A DNA stretch of 64,000 nt from Phoronis australis. Lineage: Eukaryota; Animalia; Phoronida. The DNA is taken from NCBI GenBank assembly GCA_002633005.1, contig NMRA01000023.1, positions 640,205-704,204 on the forward strand, written 5' to 3'. A model generated the notes under the pieces. It searched no databases. It was not told the origin of the DNA and saw only the letters and a list, made by a program, of their open reading frames with translations. Position numbers and translations under genes: made by a program. Positions 38,252 to 50,809 of this stretch are shown one piece after another. Numbering within the stretch: position 1 is the first letter of the stretch; every line of letters begins with the position of its first letter.

Positions 38252-38940
38252 TTAAAAAGACACTAATCCTTGTTTGTTTTTGAGCTTTCATCAAAACCTG
38301 TTTATGTTATCTGTTTTGCACAATGGTACCTCCTGTACTTATTCATCTAAACGCTTGCATATTCGCAAAGTGGTAACATAGTTGAATTTCGGCTGTATTT
38401 CCTCAGTCGCTCGTCAACTCTGTTGGAGATGTAAAACTGGCTCCAAAAATATGAAGGTTAACGAATGGTACAGAGAACAATTTCAGTGGTTTCTGATATA
38501 TAGGTCATCTATTTATAACTAATTCCTGTTAATAGGACAAAACAGTGTTTAGCATCTTTTCGACATGAAGACGGAATTGAAATGTAAATTATGCAAAATG
38601 TATGTTGTTGGCGAGTTTTTGTCAGCAATGATTAAACGTACAAACACCCTATTAACACCAGTCCTGCTATCATAACGCCGGAAAATTTTCCTTTATGGGC
38701 GATGTGATATACTATTGGCTTACGGAAAAAGGCAAAACACTTGAAATATGCACGAATGAAAGACATATCCCACACATTTCCATCCAGCATTCGAAATGCA
38801 GGCTGGCCCGGTGGCCCGGGGCCAGTGGATTTGCGGCCGGGCTAGTAACTTTTGAAAATAATTGGCTCGGCGGGCCAGTTACTTTCGCATATAGGAGCTA
38901 CGTGGATGTAGTCTTATGTTCAATAGTCTTTTTGTGAGTT

Positions 38941-40073
38941 AATAACAATAACGCGAGATTCTTTGAGACTTAACTGTAACGTCACCGGAAGTAGGGCAAA
39001 ATCTTGTCGTTTAGCCGTTTTGCTCTATGCGGTAGCAGAGTGAATTTTGTTCAGTTTACTTCGACTTCGAAAGCTTTTAGTGTGGAAAATGCCAAACAAG
39101 CATTGCAGTTATGGGAAATGTAATGCAGATTCGCGCTACAACATGTCCCATCGCGTTCTGTACTAATTTCTTCCCGTGTATTTTAAACGGGCGGTAGGCG
39201 AAATCCGCTCACTGATTAAGAGTTTTCACTACGTCAAAAATACATTCTACACTTACAACTATCACTTAAAAAGACGCTTACTTTCTTCAGTGATTCTTTC
39301 TGATTCTAAACATATCTTTGATGAAGCATAGCTACGAGAATTCAGTCGATTTTGGCGAAGAATTCCAAATCCACTTTTTGGTTTCCATTAGTTTTTTCAC
39401 CGCATGCGCGATAACCCCAAATTATTTTAACTGAATCAGGTGTGTATAAGGCAAAGGGTAGCGCGAGACTGAACAAAGCACGTGACCTGGCGCGTGACAC
39501 TTGCAAAATAGCATCGGAAGATATCAAGTGAAATTTGTAAGATTTGTGTCCCTTAGCTTTTTTGTTCGTCAACAGGCGTGATTTCACGTAACTTTCTCAA
39601 ACTGGCGCCCGGTGAGAGAAACTCGAGGGAACCGCGAGATTTTCATGGACATGTTCAAGTTATTTGTTGACTAAATTGCATCCAGAGTCATGATGGTATG
39701 TCTTAATTATAACTTCATGTGCACATGTGCATGTTTGATTTGATTTTATTTGCTGAATTTTGAAATAAGTAACTTTTTATAGGGATATACTATCGACCCT
39801 ATATGCCTGTGATCAAGTTCCAGTTTCAGTCCGTTCACAGCTCCTCACACCATAACAAGTTCACATTTTCTTCGTCCTTCACAGTTATTCCACGATCCAT
39901 CTACCATCTCTTAAGTTGTGTTAACGTTTTAAGCGTAAAATTCTCCATAAGAACTCCAGTAAGATTTAGCGTGTTTAGCAAAGACTCTGGGCAAAACAAG
40001 AGCAATATAGCGGGGTTTGCCCTACTTCCGGTGACGTCACATTGATTAACTGGAAACTCGCAAGTGAGCTATT
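38941..40073. mobile_element. Internally deleted ISL2EU-like (PIF/Harbinger-related) transposon
   Basis: Imperfect TIRs containing ACGTCACCGGAAGTAGGGCAAA; + remnant MPNKHCSYGKCNADSRY (THAP-like start, 39089); - remnant MENFTLKTLTQLKRW*MDRGITV (SAP-like start, 39948). Confidence 0.7.
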
Positions 40074-40183
40074 AATTCAAAAAGTTTATTGTCTAATTTT
40101 GTTTGCTTCTCAACTCTTGAACGCCAACGAGTTTGAACATTGTGGGCAATATATCCGCTAAAGCCCCATTCACTTTGCATACT

Positions 40184-40630
40184 CATAGAACTCTAGCCCT
40201 GGAATGCTAAGTCCAGCACGTGACCATGTATGTCAAGCTTAATTTCATTGCTTCATTTTCATTTTGTTATTATTGTTCATTAAGTGAGACTTTTGAGGCA
40301 CGGTTTCATACAATCAGCGATTTCTCGGCAAAATTAGTCAACAAAGTCGGGAATTACACTCAGTCTGGTAATTCTTTATAATATAAGCACCGACCTGTCG
40401 ACCTCGGTGGATGCCGGGAGTAGTTAGGCCTCTGATATATTTTCAGATCCAGTCGTAGAACCACTTTCGACATGACAAAAGTTTTTTAACAGGACATTTT
40501 TGGGTGTTGAAATCATGATACAGTATTTTACTGAAAGAAGTTAAATTTGGCCTAAATGAAAAGTTTAGGCCCTAATAACAGGTGTGTTTACGTAACTTTC
40601 GAAAAATTACTCATAATTGTTTGCTTAGCT
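40184..40630 (-). mobile_element. CATAGAACTCTAGCCC family, copy 2 (opposite end of the element)
   Basis: Terminal match plus reverse-complement similarity to 8575-8875. Confidence 0.7.
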
Positions 40631-41899
40631 GTTTAATAATGTTGGTATGCGTTATATACGTTCGGCTATTGTATTCTGAATAAAATGATCAGAACATTGT
40701 TATGTGGTACAAGTTGTCACTTGACAAAATCACGCGAAGTTGATGTACATAAACGTATATTTTAAGGGAAGAACATGAACGCTACCTTCACACGCTGAAA
40801 TGTGTACTGAACACGTGTTTTAACGAGCCATGTGACCTACCGGAACTGCTATATCACCACGTGGATAATATATGCGATTTGACCAAGAGTAAGATGACAT
40901 CGGTTGTGACCTTGGCATTTGAACTCCTGGAAAAAATATGCAGAAAAAAATACGTAACTGTAAGTAAATCTCTCGGATAGACTTCTGCGCAAGTGATTTT
41001 TAATGAGTCTATATATCTATCACCTGACCCACAAAAGTTAAAACTATAGGTTTTTCAAGGTTTTCATATCTAATGGACATCCTGATTGAAAGAAAAAAGT
41101 CCACCAAAATCTGACAACCGTAAATGGGCAAAAACTACATCATTTCCAAAATGGCCTCTTAGACGCTTTAAAAACAATGAAACATTCATTTCTTCTTCAG
41201 AAACATAATTTTCGGTTGTAGTTCATGGTTTTATACACAGAAAACCACGCTGATATCAAAACAAAATTGTACCTGACAATTGGCAAGAAAAAGTCAATAT
41301 CTAAAAATCCACAACTTTCATTATATTCCGTATCCCGAAGGACAATGGTGTATCAATATTCTGAAAAAAGTCACTGCTGTGCATGTCCTCAGTAATAAAC
41401 TTAGGCAAGCACTTTCCTTAAACATACGTGTATATAACTATCGATTAAAACCCACTCTCAGAATATGGCCAGCAGCTTGGTTTAGTTGTTCACTGTAATA
41501 CTATTTACTATGTCTGGTATATTTCTGAAATTTTGGTGTTTGTTTTGAATCCATTACTTTTGTTCCTTGGAAATAGATATTATTAAAATTGACATTTGCC
41601 TTATGACCAAAATTGTACCGGCAAAATGTCATCTTAACGTCAAGTATATTGGTTGGGGCCAACACGACTGAGCAGCAGATGCCGGTGAAATGATCATGGG
41701 AGTTTAGATTACCCCTCTTTCATATCCATTAAACATAAGGTTTGGAAGACTTATGTCACCCTCCATCACCACTCAAACCATGACCTAGTAGCAAACTCGG
41801 AGGCAGATTCCGTTGGTGGAAGATACGCTTGAGTAACGGCAGACTTCAACAGCTTTCTTGGTAAATGTCTTACAACTCGTAGGTACCATAGAGTATGTA

Positions 41900-42330
41900 C
41901 TGCAAATGTCTTCCATCTTAAATGAAGAACCCAAGTTTGTTACAAATGTTTCAGTCGTTTGACGTGAAAAACCAACAACAAACGGCTCATGAATACGGTT
42001 TCTGTTGCAACTCTTACGGTTCCTCATTGCAGTCGTTACGCGTGCCGAATATATCTTCACTTACTGTACATGTAGGTCTCTTTGTTGTTCTCAAAGGCGC
42101 AGCACGTTCAAAGTGCACTTGTTCCAGAACGCTTTGGAATCCCGTAGCTTACGCGACTTCAGAGAACCTACATGTATTGCTCCAAGCAGATTCGTGAAAG
42201 TGTGAAAGGCTACAAGTTCGATAAAGATCCCCGTAAATTCACTTTCCTGTAGTGCTGCAATGGTGATCCCAGATGACTTCATGTATAGGGATTGACAGAA
42301 CGTGACTACTAGATGTATACGTCTGTCCAT
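41900..42330 (-). mobile_element. Possible decayed LINE endonuclease fragment (RTE-like)
   Basis: GITIAALQE motif typical of APE-type LINE endonucleases; the rest is unrecognisable. Confidence 0.3.
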
Positions 42331-42479
42331 ACCGTGAAATCCAAACTGGACAGGGTGCACCTTTTGTAGATATCGATCATTGGCAAGCAGAATGGATTAT
42401 GCACCGTGTTGACGAAAAGCCAGTAATCCCCCCTACGTATTAAAATCTGCCTGCTTGAAATGGAAAGATAGTTCCAAAA

Positions 42480-43240
42480 AGTTGCCAACCTTCGCACAAC
42501 ATACATGTACTCCCAGATTCGGAACACCTAGGATCTGAATGTTCCGAATAACGTGGATGACGAAAAATATTATTTGACGTATTTCCTCTGTTCAGCAGAG
42601 ACACCGTCAATGTACACAACCTCATTTTCCTGACGTGTTTCGAGGTACACTCCCCATTCACAAAGGTGGAGGGGAGGAACAAGCATTATATAAAAGTCAA
42701 GTAAAAGGTCTTTGCAGGTGCGAGACGTAATAGGTCAACATCTCAATGGTAAACAAGCCTCTACTCTAAACAATAACCTCAAAGTAATATGAGACCAAGG
42801 TAGTACACCTGCACATTCAGGAATGGTGTTATCCTATGAATATACTATGCTATAGTCAATCCTCGCACTGTCCAAGATCCTAAACTTAGACACGGAGTAT
42901 TCTGACAAGCATTCTAGATGGTCAAGCAGATGCTTGTAGACCACACCAGCCTCACATTGTGTTGTGGTTATTGTCCAGAATAGAGGCTTGTTTACATTTG
43001 TGTTGTTGACGGATACATTATTTCCTTTTACTTGTTACCTCGACTTCAACATCGTACTCGTTCTTGTACCTTTGATAATGAGGAGTGTACCTCGAAAGGT
43101 GTCAAAGAAATGTAGTTGTGTACTATTTGACGGTTAATCAAAATTTTGATAAATACTGAATTTTTGATAACTGTAATATGTTCAAATCTGAAATATTCTG
43201 TTTTGTCGCGAGATTATGTTTTACCACTAGCTGCCTTCTG
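42480..43240. mobile_element. Old foldback element, diverged arms of 250 bp or more
   Basis: CCGTCAA..GTACACAAC..TTTCGAGGTACACTCC..GTAAACAAGCCTCTA on the left and inverted on the right. Confidence 0.65.
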
Positions 43241-45400
43241 AAAGTTTTAATTAAAAAACACGACACAGACCAGCTTGTTCCAGACTATACTTAGTCGAGC
43301 TTTTGGATCAAATATTCACAATTAAAAATGTAAATGCGATTATCATTTGTCATGGCCTTAAGGGAATCTATCATTTGTGTTTAAAATGTTGGTTCAGTCA
43401 TAATTCAGTCATGTACGAATGGCGATATAATTTGCATGTGTATTGGGCAAATTGTTTCTGTTCCTTTGCATGTTGAGTGGTTTTTGTCACAAATTGACCA
43501 GCTTGTTCTCAGATGATTAAAAAATGCCGTTTCAAAACTTTTGCCAGCATAATCGCAATGTTGGACAGAGGACTGTGCCACTAAAAAGGCCCACGACTGG
43601 TTATTTTGTCGTAAATTTGATTATCTGATCTCAATTAGTTCGAACTTGTTTCTCAGACTTAAAACAAGTAAGTTCCGGAGCACCTCAGGTATTTTCGTAA
43701 GCTCAAATTATCCCTACGAGGTGTTTCATACCTTCGCCAGTGCTAACGCAAATCATTACAGCTAAATTTGTTCATAGAGTAGCTTCATTCTAGAGGGTCT
43801 AAAATCGCCAAGTGACGGCTACTGTCAATCCTTTGTCTGCCATCTAATGTACTCTTAACTCTTGCTTAGCCTAATCACTGGGGCATTCGAATACATTTTG
43901 CATTTGAAAGTCACATGACTCGTTGTAAAGATATGAAACACCTTTGAGGAATAAACTGGAGCTACGAAAATACCCGAAGTGTCCCTGATGCTTGGCAAAC
44001 ACTCGCCTTTCACTTACGAGATGTTGTGAGGTATTGCGACAATCTTGTTTCTTCGCTAGAAACTTGGTTTACAGAACCTTCTGTGGTATCAATTAGTGTC
44101 TGTGCTAATTAAAGCTGCTTCAATCACACCAACCACCAAAAGTCAATTAACTTTTTATCCAGTGCCCATTTGCATGAAACAGTCCCAACTAGGGACTCGA
44201 CCAAGTTTTTCAAAGCTACTGCGTATTCGTAAGCTTGTGAAACACTTATTGTCCCTTAGTCGGTTTGATACAAATCGAAATACAACTCTACGTTGAATTC
44301 CTAATATTCTTGAAAATAATTAGGGATCTTTTCATGCAACTCCCCTAATTTAAGGATTGCGACACTATTTATTATGGCTCAATTAAGAGCTGGTTATATT
44401 ACTAGAAAATGTCATAAGTCAAAGACGAGCTCATAATAAAGATAAACTGATAAAAATATAACACCTGCGATTAAAGAACGAAACAAATATGCAAACGATT
44501 TAGGGAACTTAGCTGAGTTCCAGTTGCTACTGGTTCAAGCAGCCGGGCACAGAGCCCCTGCTGTTAGACTCAGTGAGGTTCTGTACTAAATTCCGGACGA
44601 CTTCAGAACTTGGACAACGTGGCAGTTTGCTACTGCTTTAGATCAGGATCCATGAGCTGGCTCGTCTTTCTACAACCATAGTGTCAAGTATTACCAACCT
44701 GTTTGTACATTCCACGCGCTAATTTCATTTCCAATAAGTACTTGTGTTGCGGAAAGTGATCTAAACAGTAAGTTTCCTTGACGGAATTCGGACCTAAAAC
44801 AGCTTTCCGGTATTGAGTTTTTTCAATATCCAAGAGAAATTCAAACCCGTTCATTTCAGATTATTATATCACCATTTGTGAAAAAAAATATTTGTAACGA
44901 ACCCAATACCTGAACATGGCGCGTTGTGTACATCTGAGATTGGGTTGATATTCAACGAACTGTTAAGCAACGTATTCGTTATCCTTAAAAGCTGCCTTAC
45001 AAATGTGATTCATGTACTTTAAAACTACAAGCCTCTTTTACAAGTAGTAAACGCGGACTATGAAATTCAAGATATACAAACCTACTTATGCCGAAATATG
45101 CATAGTAAGGAAACTTTATTTTATAGGACCGCCCTATGTTAGTAACATTCCTAGTTTTCTTTCCAATGGACTTAATAACTGGCAACCAAAAGTTGGTGTT
45201 TTCTGCTTGAGGGCACATCAGTTTTGCCAACGAATATATTCGTAGACTGTGAATCGCACTGCACGAAAGAGGTAACCACCTATTTACTTAAATCTTCGCA
45301 AACATAATGATTTTGAATTATTTTTTCACAGAGACACGACAAAATAATCCCCTCCATAATGGACGTGATACGTGACAGCGGCGGAAGTTTAGTTCAAGAA

Positions 45401-48039
45401 ATGGCTGAATCCGTCTTACAAACAGTCGTGTCCTACTGCGACCACGAGATGGTGATATTGGGATTGATCGACGGCTGTTACAGGTAACAATCTAAAACGA
45501 CTGGTATCCGTCTTTCTAACAGTCGTTTCCCGGAGTGCGAGCACGAGATGGCGACACAGGGTTTGGCGGAGGGCTATAACAGGCAGTATTCTACAATTTT
45601 AGAGGAGACACGTTCACTAATTCTCGGCCCGGAATCTAATCTGTGTTATCGACATCAAACTCGAAATCATACTTAAAAGCTTATGCTCTGTGCGCACATT
45701 TCTTGATTTTGTGGACATTAAGTTAATTCGTTATAATATTCACCACACGAAATCTGTGTCGGCGTTTGTCATATAAATATCCCCTCCATTTTGCTGTTTA
45801 ACAACAAGTGATCACAATGTTTAGTTCAGTTTAATTTTAATTACAAGTTTCACTTCCTGTCCATTAACTAAAGAGAATTGAGAGATGCACGTAGTTCCAA
45901 ATGCCAAGCTCACGTCTAACTCTGCACAGTTACGAACTATATTAATGAGTGTGACATTCGTATTGTTTCTACCCTTGAAAATTCTGAATGTTCACCAGAA
46001 ACAGGCAAAAAATACCATCTATAAGCTAATCGAAGCACGCACAGAGGTGACATCTTGCAAAATCGAGCTAACGTGAGCGCTGGCAAGCTCCACCAAAACA
46101 TAACCGAGATGGTTTGAAACTTGCGAGTCTGCACCTTGTTGATCGCACCCGACCGAGTTCATATTAACCGTTTCAGTTCTAGCCACCTTATCAGAAAAGT
46201 TTGTTCATCGCGCTTAGTCAACTACCTGGAGTTCAAGAAACTTACCTATGATGACAGTATTGCTGAACTTTCCCAAATGCTACTTAGCGAAGCGGACCCC
46301 ATAACAAGGTACACCATTTTGTTTGTATCTTCAAGAAGTTACAGTTAGAAACAACCTCGTCTACTCCTAATGGGAAGAATCCTACATTGACATCCTAACT
46401 GGTCGAGATTGGGCAACACGACCAGTTTGCGCACTTTAGAATCTGCCGGTTTCGATCAAAGACATCTTGCTGTTGTGGTTAATTGAATCACCTCAGGCTG
46501 CCGATGTTATCGTTCTCTAGATCAACACTTTGGGAGCGACAATAGTATCGAAAGTTTGTAACTAGCATACCTGGACAGTTCGTGAAAAGCACGCGTGATT
46601 AGGTTTTGCATTTTGATAATAGGAAAAGAAATGTGACTTTTACAACCTAAAACGTTTGTTTAATGCTGCAATAATATGTTCGTCATTAATTCTGCTGGGT
46701 GTGCAACACCATTGAGCCAATTACCAAACCACCAGCCAGCCCTTGGATTTTGAGGTAAGCCAAGTGTCACCGTACAACTCTCGGCACGTTGCACTGACCT
46801 CACTGACAAGTTTTCTGCTTAGTATAGTCTAGTTCGTACACTCCCTCCAGTGTATCTTTACAACCGGAGAGTTAAGGGATGTTAGGCAGTTTGAAACCTT
46901 TACTTCCAGCATGTTACATGAGCTGATGGGAACAATAACTCCACCTATTTCAGAAAACATGCGCGGCGCAGCACTGAGATAAGTGGGGGGCTATAGCTCC
47001 CCCCAGTTCCCTATGGTGCCCCGCCATGGAAAATGGGTGGGCCTAAACTTGCAAAAAACTACCAACGGTAATAGTTGAAATCTATCATGAAAGATTCAGT
47101 GCGGAGACTGGATGCGCGAACACATCGGTTACATTTTGTGAAAAGTCTGTTAACTATGTTTGATATCGATCTGTTGAAATCGCTATATTTTCTTGGTTAA
47201 GAATAGTTTAGAATTGAGACCAGACACGAATTTACACGAGGTTTTACAAATTTTGAATTTCCCAACAAACGCGTTGAAGTCGACTTCGAAGCGCGACTTC
47301 GGGGATTTTTCTGTATGTACCTGGATCAGAGATGAGGATTCGTTTCGGTGTTTAACAAGCGAACAATTCCGTTAAGTTAAATACCAAAACTCGGGTCCAG
47401 CAAACTCATTCAATTTTCAATACCAGAAACGCAATTCGGAAATTCAAATTCCGTTTCAATAAGTAAAACATAAAATCCCATTGTTGTTCAATTTGTAATA
47501 TGCAAAACGAAAACTGAAAATCCGTGTTTCTTCTGTCATGTTGATTAGTAAACAAACTGGTCCGCTACAGGTAAACCTTCATTTTCTTTGATGCGGATTC
47601 TTACTTTTTCCTTTTCCATGTGGTTCATTAGACCAAAATACCCAAAAAGGCGAAGCACGTAGTTCGAAATGCCAAGCACGACGTTTCTTACCTATGTACA
47701 ATGTTTCGTGTACTTCTGCCAGTACTTCCTGTTTGAAGGTAAATTTTACTTGTCCAAAGCCACTTCACATTCTTGAGCGAAAACTTTCTATTTGAAGGTA
47801 ACTGTGTTCTATCCAAGGTCACTGATTCGCATTAAGTTTTGACCAATCCTGTTTATGACCTTCTGTGTTTCAGATCTAACGGCAGTATGCTGCAGTATTA
47901 CGTAGAGAGAACTTTAAGTGATCACTCTTTAAAACGAATCAAGTGGAAAATGAAGCAAAGCGAATTTGCCATGAAACAGTTGCGTCGAAAACCTACTAGT
48001 AGTGCAATAAGGCAGATTAGAATTCCTTGGAAATATTGA
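45401..48039 (+). CDS. Candidate 4-exon gene, 140-aa protein of unknown function
   Basis: Exons 45401-45451, 45999-46072, 46177-46308, 47874-48039, GT-AG and phase-compatible; CGGAAGT just upstream; AATAAA at 48109 and 48132; no recognised domain. Confidence 0.55.
45408..45600 (+). repeat. Tandem duplication of about 98 bp covering exon 1 and its donor
   Basis: ATCCGTCTT..AACAGTCGT..TGCGA.CACGAGATGG.GA..ACAGG occurs twice. Confidence 0.8.
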
Positions 48040-48199
48040 CGAATCCCAGATGAATGGTTTGTATCAAAGAATTTGGAAATCGGTTTGTGAGCGTCTGTTA
48101 CGGATTTAAATAAACCAATTTGCTGAATGGCAATAAATTTTATCGTTTGATAAACTACGACAACCGGCAACAATAGGTATCATACTGCCACTAGACAGA

Positions 48200-48372
48200 A
48201 CGAGTGGGAGGGGAGGTAGAGGAAAAGTGAGAAGAGAGAAAAAAGTGAGGAGGGGCTGTGGAAGGCGGGGAGAGGGAGAAAAATAGGGAGGGAGATAGGG
48301 AGAGGGAGACGAGGGTGGGGGGATAGAGGGAGTGAGAGAGCGAGAGGGAGGAGGTACATGTATAGAGAGAAA
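48200..48372. repeat. Polypurine (GA-rich) low-complexity tract
   Basis: Direct observation. Confidence 0.85.
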
Positions 48373-48764
48373 GCTTCCATGGCAAGACTTTAATGGCTAC
48401 ATACGAAACGTTTTGTGTCCGTTGGATCCAAAGGTGAGAGTGAGAGGTCCAAATGACCACAATCTAATTGTTGTGACAAGTGGGCGTTGTGAAAATTAAG
48501 ACCTGAACAACGGTGTCACTTAATTGTCATGTCACCAGTAAGTAAACGATCGCTCAATAACACATGCTACAAGCATTACTCCAGGATACATGGACCTGAA
48601 GCATAACCATGGATACTCGTGTTTTTTAGCTAAACAACGATCACATCCTGTTATCAACAGTCGTATTATAATTGTCATGACAAAGCCAACACCAAAAGCT
48701 AGGAAATCGAGTGAATCGAATCACTGAATGTATCCCAGGATCCCGATTTGCTCTTCCATTCTCT

Positions 48765-50325
48765 TTACACACACCCGCCGTAACATCTACATTTTCTGTA
48801 GCGATCAAACTCCCAGGATGCACAACCCATTCTACCGCACTTACTCCTGCAGTCGGTCCATGTAGACGCCCATGTAATTCTGTAGCGTTTTGGTATACCA
48901 GAATTGAGGAATCCCTCGTCGAACAGAACTGAAAATATAGGATATCGCAAGATTGAAAAATGTGAATTTAAACTGCTTCTCATTGTTGAAAGATTTAAAA
49001 CTTTAGTTTAATGAGGTCCGTACTTAGACTGCTCTTTTCAGTAATTATATAATTTCATGCTTAGGCCAATTAGAAAATTCTGAGTTTGATGTCTGAAAAG
49101 ATAGGTTTGGGCTAGCAGATGCCTTTCAAACATGTTAAGTTATGTTTCAGCTATGCTTAGGAAATGTCACGTACATGTACACAAGGACTAGTGTCTAGTG
49201 TTTTGATTTAATTTTGTGCTCGTCACAAAAATCGTATCGTGATATAATACACTTCTTTAAATGCATTATGTATACCCCAAGTATACGAGTTGTTTGGGTG
49301 TACTTTAATTGACTGGGCAGATCTTTATCGATCAAATCCAGGCCTTTAAATTTTCGAAAGTTTTGGCCGTTTTGAAAACTGATTTCTCTTTTTTAATTAG
49401 TGCACGAGTCAGTTTCCATGGAATTTGTGCGCCCATATTTTGTAGTCTATGTACGAGAGACTGCCAAAAAACTAAGACTTACGACGGTATTTCAAAGGGG
49501 ATTTATATGACTGTTTGAGGATAGATAAATCTCTGACACACGATACCCTGCACATTGACCGAATTCATAGTCCTAAGAACGAAATCACCTGCAGTTTAGG
49601 TTTTTCTAAAAATTCGTATTCAAAATATGCAAATACACAATGACAATTCCATAAAATGGCAGCCCTTTAGGATAAAAACAAAATTCGCGAAACGAATTCG
49701 TAAATCTACAGTAATATTGCTGTGAATATATCGACTCAAGTCGACGTATAGTACATTTTAGAAACGTTGTGCTCTAGATCATTTAACATATGATGGGTGA
49801 GTTAAAAATTCCAGATTCCCGGCCTGAGATGTTGTCATGGCAAAGGTGTGGACATCATATCAAACTTCATTAGACTAGTTAACTCAGAAGTAACTTACAT
49901 CGCTTTTCACGTTCACTTCGTCCCTCTGAAAGGCTCACTGAAAAAATAGAATGCAAAACAACATTCTGTATTCACGATATTTTATGTCCTAAACGGTTTA
50001 TGTAAAATGTTCAGTTTGCTAAGGATATCAAATATTCACAATCCATGGCAAAATGTCTTCGTTAGGTTTAAAATCTTCACAAATCAACACAGAGTGAGTC
50101 CTCGTAATAACGTTTGCCTCGTAAAGTTAGTCTTAAAGTGACACAGGCGTTTATTTTTTCATCACCAACGCCTCATCGTTAGGTTCAGGTATGTTTAACT
50201 ACTATGGAGATTGTTGAGCGGAGGAAATTACGTCGTTCCATACTTATACATGCAATTAGGCAATGTAACTTACCCAGAACGAGGACACAAAGGACGAGAG
50301 CACAGACGAGAATGAAGCCTCTCAT
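48765..50325 (-). CDS. Secreted six-Cys defensin-like peptide precursor A, 84 aa
   Basis: Exons 50274-50325, 49899-49937, 48765-48928 (GTAAGT donors, TTCAG acceptors, phase 1): MRGFILVCALVLCVLVLVSLSEG|RSEREKR|FLFDEGFLNSGIPKRYRITWASTWTDCRSKCGRMGCASWEFDRYRKCRCYGGCV; clear paralog at 54589-59058. Confidence 0.88.
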
Positions 50326-50736
50326 AATTCTTGTTTTAATTTCTAAGATGAAAGAGAAAGTTTATAGTACACATTTTGACATAAAACTGAACTGTCAAGT
50401 GTTATCCTTTGCGCCACATCAGTGACCTGCAGGACATTGGTCCAATCAACAGAAGAACAAAAGAAGGGAAACAGCAGGTCGTTTCCGTAGATTCGAGGAA
50501 TGCCTGGAATCGGGCTGGAAATTACAATAGAAGTGATCAAATTATGTCACGTTAACATTTACTTATTTTTTCCATTCTATCAAAGTACAAATATTTTCGA
50601 CTTCTGATGTCACACATGAAACATTTAACAACAATCTGAACACTGTATAGTGTAGTTGTTATTCAGACTCGACTTAAGGAATAAACGCATCTATAACAAC
50701 ATCAAGTTTGAGCGCGTACGTACCAGTCAAACTTAC

Positions 50737-50809
50737 AGAATATTAGACAAGGCCCAAGTCTTCTTCACAGTTCAGTGTAGTAGTAGACGTGCACGCTCTC
50801 GTATTTATA
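50737..50809 (-). promoter_or_regulatory. TATA box and non-coding first exon of peptide gene A
   Basis: TATAAATA at 50802-50809 on -; GTAAGT donor at 50731-50736; acceptor CTTAG just before the signal exon (exon starts 50342). Confidence 0.7.

Noticed and set aside
48839-48844. GTAAGT donor inside peptide A's last exon
   Set aside because: Reading through preserves the Cys array shared with paralog B; cryptic site at most.
30265-50273. Joining the 50274-50325 signal exon to the Kazal exons across a 20-kb intron, which would make the orphan gene nested
   Set aside because: Phase-compatible, but the Kazal gene has its own signal exon at 31176-31212 and the 50274 exon belongs to peptide gene A, as its paralog confirms.
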